DNA of 63,965 nucleotides, the filler included, from Jimgerdemannia flammicorona (Eukaryota), in the NCBI GenBank assembly GCA_003990765.1. It is 2 parts of 2 records of this genome, joined end to end, with 100 filler letters (N's around TTAATTAATTAA, not from the genome) between each part and the next. Parts side by side here need not be neighbours in the genome. Positions count along the whole stretch, not along the records: positions 32,070 to 63,965 come from RBNJ01000372.1; 1 more part is not named here. One strand, written 5' to 3'. The first letter of the stretch is position 1, and each line of letters begins with the position of its first letter. Of this stretch, positions 62,420 to 63,965 are shown piece after piece. The translations under genes were made by a program, and so were the position numbers. A model generated the notes under the pieces. That model saw nothing but the letters and a program-made list of their open reading frames with translations. It ran no database searches and was not told the DNA's origin.

Positions 62420-63965
62420 ATGAAATCCTTCATCATCTCCCTACTCATCCTGGCAGCCGGTTCCGCCCTCACCTCCCTTCCCTTCACCGCTGCCGCCTCT
62501 CAGCACAAGGTCTTCCCGCACTCGAAGCCCGCCAATTTCCCCCTCCGCGTCCCGCTCGTCTCGCGGAAACACCACACGTCCACTCCTGGGAGGCTAAAAC
62601 GCACGCTGGCCAAACATGAGAAACGTACGCGCAAGCTGGATGTTGCCGCAGTTAGCGTTGACGGTGGCGGCTCGGGACCCGCCCTGTTAGTCCCCCGAGA
62701 CATCACCGACGTACACGTGGACGCGTCCGTGGTCGCTCTACTTAGCGCCACGAACACGCCAAACTCAGTTTCTGTACCCATCACAAATTACCAGAACGAT
62801 AACGAGGTGCGTCGAATGGATCGTAACATCTCAGCGGACCCGCTTGGATGCGAGAAGCGCTACTTTTAAATTCTTGTACAATCGAGCCTTGTCATGCGTT
62901 ATTCTCACGTAATACATTAACTCTCTTTCCAGTGGATTGGTCACATCAGCCTCGGCACGCCTCCTCAATTGTTCGTCGTCGACTTTGACACCGGCAGCGC
63001 GGACCTCTGGGTGGCCTCTTCCCTATGCACCTCCACAGGCTGCCAGAAACACAACCAGTTCGACTCGACGCTCTCTTCGACATTTATCAATACGAACGCG
63101 ACTTATCGGATCGACTATGACGACGGCAGCTCGTCTCAGGGTGTGTTCAACCAGGACACGCTGACCATTAGCTCTGTCCTGAAGGTGGAGAACCAAGATT
63201 TTGGTATGACCATAGTTGAATCCGATATATTTCTTGACGATATCGTAGATGGCATGTTTGGACTTGCATATGATAGCGTCAGCTGTAAGTCTGGGACGGT
63301 TACGCCGTTTACGAATATGATGAACCAACAAGTGTTGCCGAAAAATTTGTTTAGCATAAGGTTGAGGAAGGCCAGCGAGGGTGGTGGTGGAGAATACGTA
63401 AGTGTGTTTTTTTGTTATATTTTGTGTGGGGTATCTTTAAATTGTGCTGGCGGAATTGGTGCATAAAAAACATTCTCATACTTATTCTTCCCCTTGCTTC
63501 CCATGAGACAGCTCTTCGGCGGTATGGACCCAACCCTCTACGACCCCTCGACCCTCCTTTACACTCCCGTGACGCAAAAGGCCTTCTGGCAGATTGCTGT
63601 CGACGATATTTCCTTCCCATACGCCCGCGCCTCGGCCTCGCTCGGGTTCAGCGGCCAAGCCATGGTCGACACGGGAACAACGCTCCTGGTCGTCCCGGTC
63701 GCGGCCGGCCTTGCTATCCACGGGCGAATCCCCGGCGCAGTGTGGGAAAACGCGACGCAGGCGTGGACCATACCATGTGTGTACGCCAAGAGGCCGCGCG
63801 AGGGCAAGAATAGAAGACGGAGGATAGGGTGGAAGGAAGCGTGGGGCGGGCAGGTGGAGAAGGACGGAGGCAAGGGGTGGACGGAAGCGCAGTGGAGAAC
63901 CGCGTGGCGAGAGGAGGCGGTCGGGTTGGGAATTGGTGGGGGGTATTATGGTGTGCCACGTAGGT
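62420..63965 (+). CDS. Secreted pepsin-family (A1) aspartic protease, 3'-incomplete at the window edge
   Basis: Signal peptide MKSFIISLLILAAG, basic propeptide, WIGHISLGTPPQLFVVDFDTGSADLWV, flap Y (IDYDDGS), DGMFGLAY, second catalytic motif MVDTGTTLL. Introns at 62,807-62,932 and about 63,398-63,511. Confidence 0.95.

Overview
Intron-rich eukaryotic DNA, most consistent with a fungus; an early-diverging Mucoromycota-type genome is my inference from gene content and intron style and is not proven. (1) 1-13,890 is a transposon graveyard. It holds an intact-ended, internally deleted, CpG-rich Ty1/copia element (165-3239, AGCAT target-site duplication) inserted into AT-rich, almost CpG-free, C>T/G>A-hypermutated DNA. 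That DNA contains a dead Ty3/gypsy element with a dUTPase domain before RT, a 35-bp hairpin minisatellite, and a repeat nested in inverted orientation inside a copy of itself. (2) 15-32 kb holds a single-exon multi-pass (7TM-like) membrane protein gene. Convergent with it is a giant RNF213/mysterin-like AAA+ ATPase / RZ-finger E3 ligase gene (about 17 visible exons, roughly 4,300 codons, 5' end lost at a scaffold gap). It has no visible RING, a variant RZ finger, an 11-nt micro-exon carrying the Walker A lysine, and a C-terminal UIM plus FFAT-like tail; this is the most interesting item in the window. (3) After a 100-bp artificial N-linker (31,970-32,069) the region is ordinary: several hypothetical genes, a PH-domain gene, an ankyrin-repeat gene, a Far9/Vps64/SLMAP-type FHA gene, a Swa2/auxilin-like gene, and a secreted pepsin-family aspartic protease that runs off the window. 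Exon boundaries were read by eye and are approximate unless stated.
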